Positions 62,803-64,000 of a stretch of 64,000 bases of DNA are shown here, piece after piece. Source of the stretch: an uncultured Solirubrobacterales bacterium (GTDB taxonomy: Bacteria; Actinomycetota; Thermoleophilia; Solirubrobacterales; Solirubrobacteraceae). The stretch is from the NCBI GenBank assembly GCA_963844125.1, contig CAWJNB010000002.1:174375-238374 (forward strand). Reading direction: 5' to 3'. Position 1 is the stretch's first letter. Every line of letters begins with the position of its first letter. Both the position numbers and the translations under genes were made by a program. Under the pieces are notes generated by a model. That model did not search any database. It was not told the DNA's origin and was given only the letters and a program-made list of their open reading frames with translations.

Positions 62803-64000
62803 CTAAGCCGTCTGCGACAGCTGAGTCGGTCGCGTGCGTCTCGCGGACTCGGTCGGCAGGAGAAGTGACAGTAGCCCGGTCGCGAGCACGAACCCCGCCG
62901 ATGTCCACAGGCAGGCCGTCAGCCCGTGCCACTCGTAGAGGAGTCCCGAGAGCACGGTCCCGGCGAGACGTCCGCAGGCGTTTGCCATGTAGTAGAAGCC
63001 GACGTTCATGGCCACCTTGTCGTTGTCGGCATAGCTGAGGATCAGGTAGGAATGGACCGCGGAGTTCAAAGCGAATGCGATCCCGAAGGGGATCAGGCCG
63101 CCGACGATGACAAGCGTGGGGTCGATGTCCGCGTCGAGCGCTATGGCCATCGCGGCGGGACAAACGGCAAGCCCCAGAGCCAGCCACGTCGCAGTCCTTC
63201 CGTCTGGCTCGCCGCCAGGACCGCCGGCCCGGCGGCGAACGAACCGCGGAGCGATCGCCTGAACCCCGCCGTAGCCGATCACCCAGATCGCGAGGAGAGC
63301 GCCTACCTGCCAGAAAGTCCAACCTACGACGGTGTAGAGAAAGAACGGCAGTCCGACTACGAACCATACGTCGCGGGAGGCGAACAGGAAGATACGCGCG
63401 GCGGCCAGGACATTGACCGAGCGGTTGTTGGAGAACATCTGCGTGAACTTCGCGGTCTTGTCCGGTGTGCTGAGCTGACCGTGCATCAGCCAAACGCTCA
63501 ACACCAGAGCGATGAGTGTTATCCCCGCGAGGATTAGCAGCGCAGCTTGAAACCCCGCCACCGTCAGCAGCAGTCCGCCGAGGAAGAAGCCGATCCCCTT
63601 GAGCGCGTTCTTTGATCCGGTCAGGACCGCGACCCAGCGGTACAGAGACGATTGACCGTCTTCGGGCGCGACGAGCTTGACGGCGCTCTTGGAGCTCATC
63701 TTGCTGAGATCCTTCGCGATACCGGAGAACGCCTGGGAGAGCATCACGTAGGGCACGACGAGCAGTGACATCGGCGCGAAGCCCAGCATCAGCAGCGCCA
63801 GCACCTGGATCGCCAGGCCCATTTGCAGCGTGACCCGCAGTCCCATGCGCACGGCAAGCCACCCCCCGACGAGGTTCGTGACGATACCTGCGATCTCATA
63901 AAGGATGAACAGTGAGGCGACCTGCAGGGGGCTGTAGCCGAGCTGGTTGAAATAGAACAGCACGAGTGTGCGGGTCGCCCCGTCGACGAGCGTCTCCGTC
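62803..64000 (-). CDS. arsJ: Organoarsenical efflux MFS transporter ArsJ (5' end off window)
   Basis: DGATRTLVLFYF...LYE..GIVTNLVGGW, SGIAKDLSKMSSKSAVK, LTGSKNALKG, RDVWFVV, VGFYYMANA.GR. Confidence 0.9.
   Translation of the reverse strand, partial: TETLVDGATRTLVLFYFNQLGYSPLQVASLFILYEIAGIVTNLVGGWLAVRMGLRVTLQMGLAIQVLALLMLGFAPMSLLVVPYVMLSQAFSGIAKDLSKMSSKSAVKLVAPEDGQSSLYRWVAVLTGSKNALKGIGFFLGGLLLTVAGFQAALLILAGITLIALVLSVWLMHGQLSTPDKTAKFTQMFSNNRSVNVLAAARIFLFASRDVWFVVGLPFFLYTVVGWTFWQVGALLAIWVIGYGGVQAIAPRFVRRRAGGPGGEPDGRTATWLALGLAVCPAAMAIALDADIDPTLVIVGGLIPFGIAFALNSAVHSYLILSYADNDKVAMNVGFYYMANACGRLAGTVLSGLLYEWHGLTACLWTSAGFVLATGLLSLLLPTESARRTRPTQLSQTA

Noticed and set aside
265..63862. Numerous long Arg/Ala/Pro-rich antisense and off-frame ORFs
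   Set aside because: Shadow ORFs typical of high-GC DNA, overlapping genes with clear family motifs.

Overview
High-GC actinobacterial DNA. The gene style and the Lys-tailed secreted paralogs suggest Thermoleophilia/Solirubrobacterales, which is an inference. Single-base frameshifts are common in the GC-rich genes and probably reflect long-read consensus errors, so many CDS below are joined from ORF fragments with approximate ends. Layout: (1) 1-5.9 kb, Zn/Mn ABC operon with a Fur/Zur regulator converging on a CopC/CopD-YcnI copper operon led by a small RPPP-ending ORF; (2) 5.9-11.7 kb, membrane protein, MMPL, YqgE/AlgH and BCP; (3) 11.8-26.8 kb, accessory zone with a DUF4143 ATPase, three TA-like pairs, and an AT-richer ~11.8-kb block bounded by an exact 25-bp direct repeat that carries a TetR-wHTH regulator and four secreted proteins; (4) 26.7-62.7 kb, a large phosphate locus with ppk1, sixA, an orphan OmpR/PhoB regulator, phoU, two pstSCAB operons, a receiver-less wHTH gene, DUF47, and an uncharacterised run of secreted beta-propeller proteins, a 710-aa PstS-like protein, an FtsH paralog, a giant degenerate metallophosphoesterase-like surface protein and a phosphoesterase, with 11-bp-period PHO-box-like repeats at several promoters; (5) arsJ at the right edge. 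The most striking unexplained structure is at 38560-38679: five abutting perfect 22-24-bp palindromes that share only a GCATGC centre.
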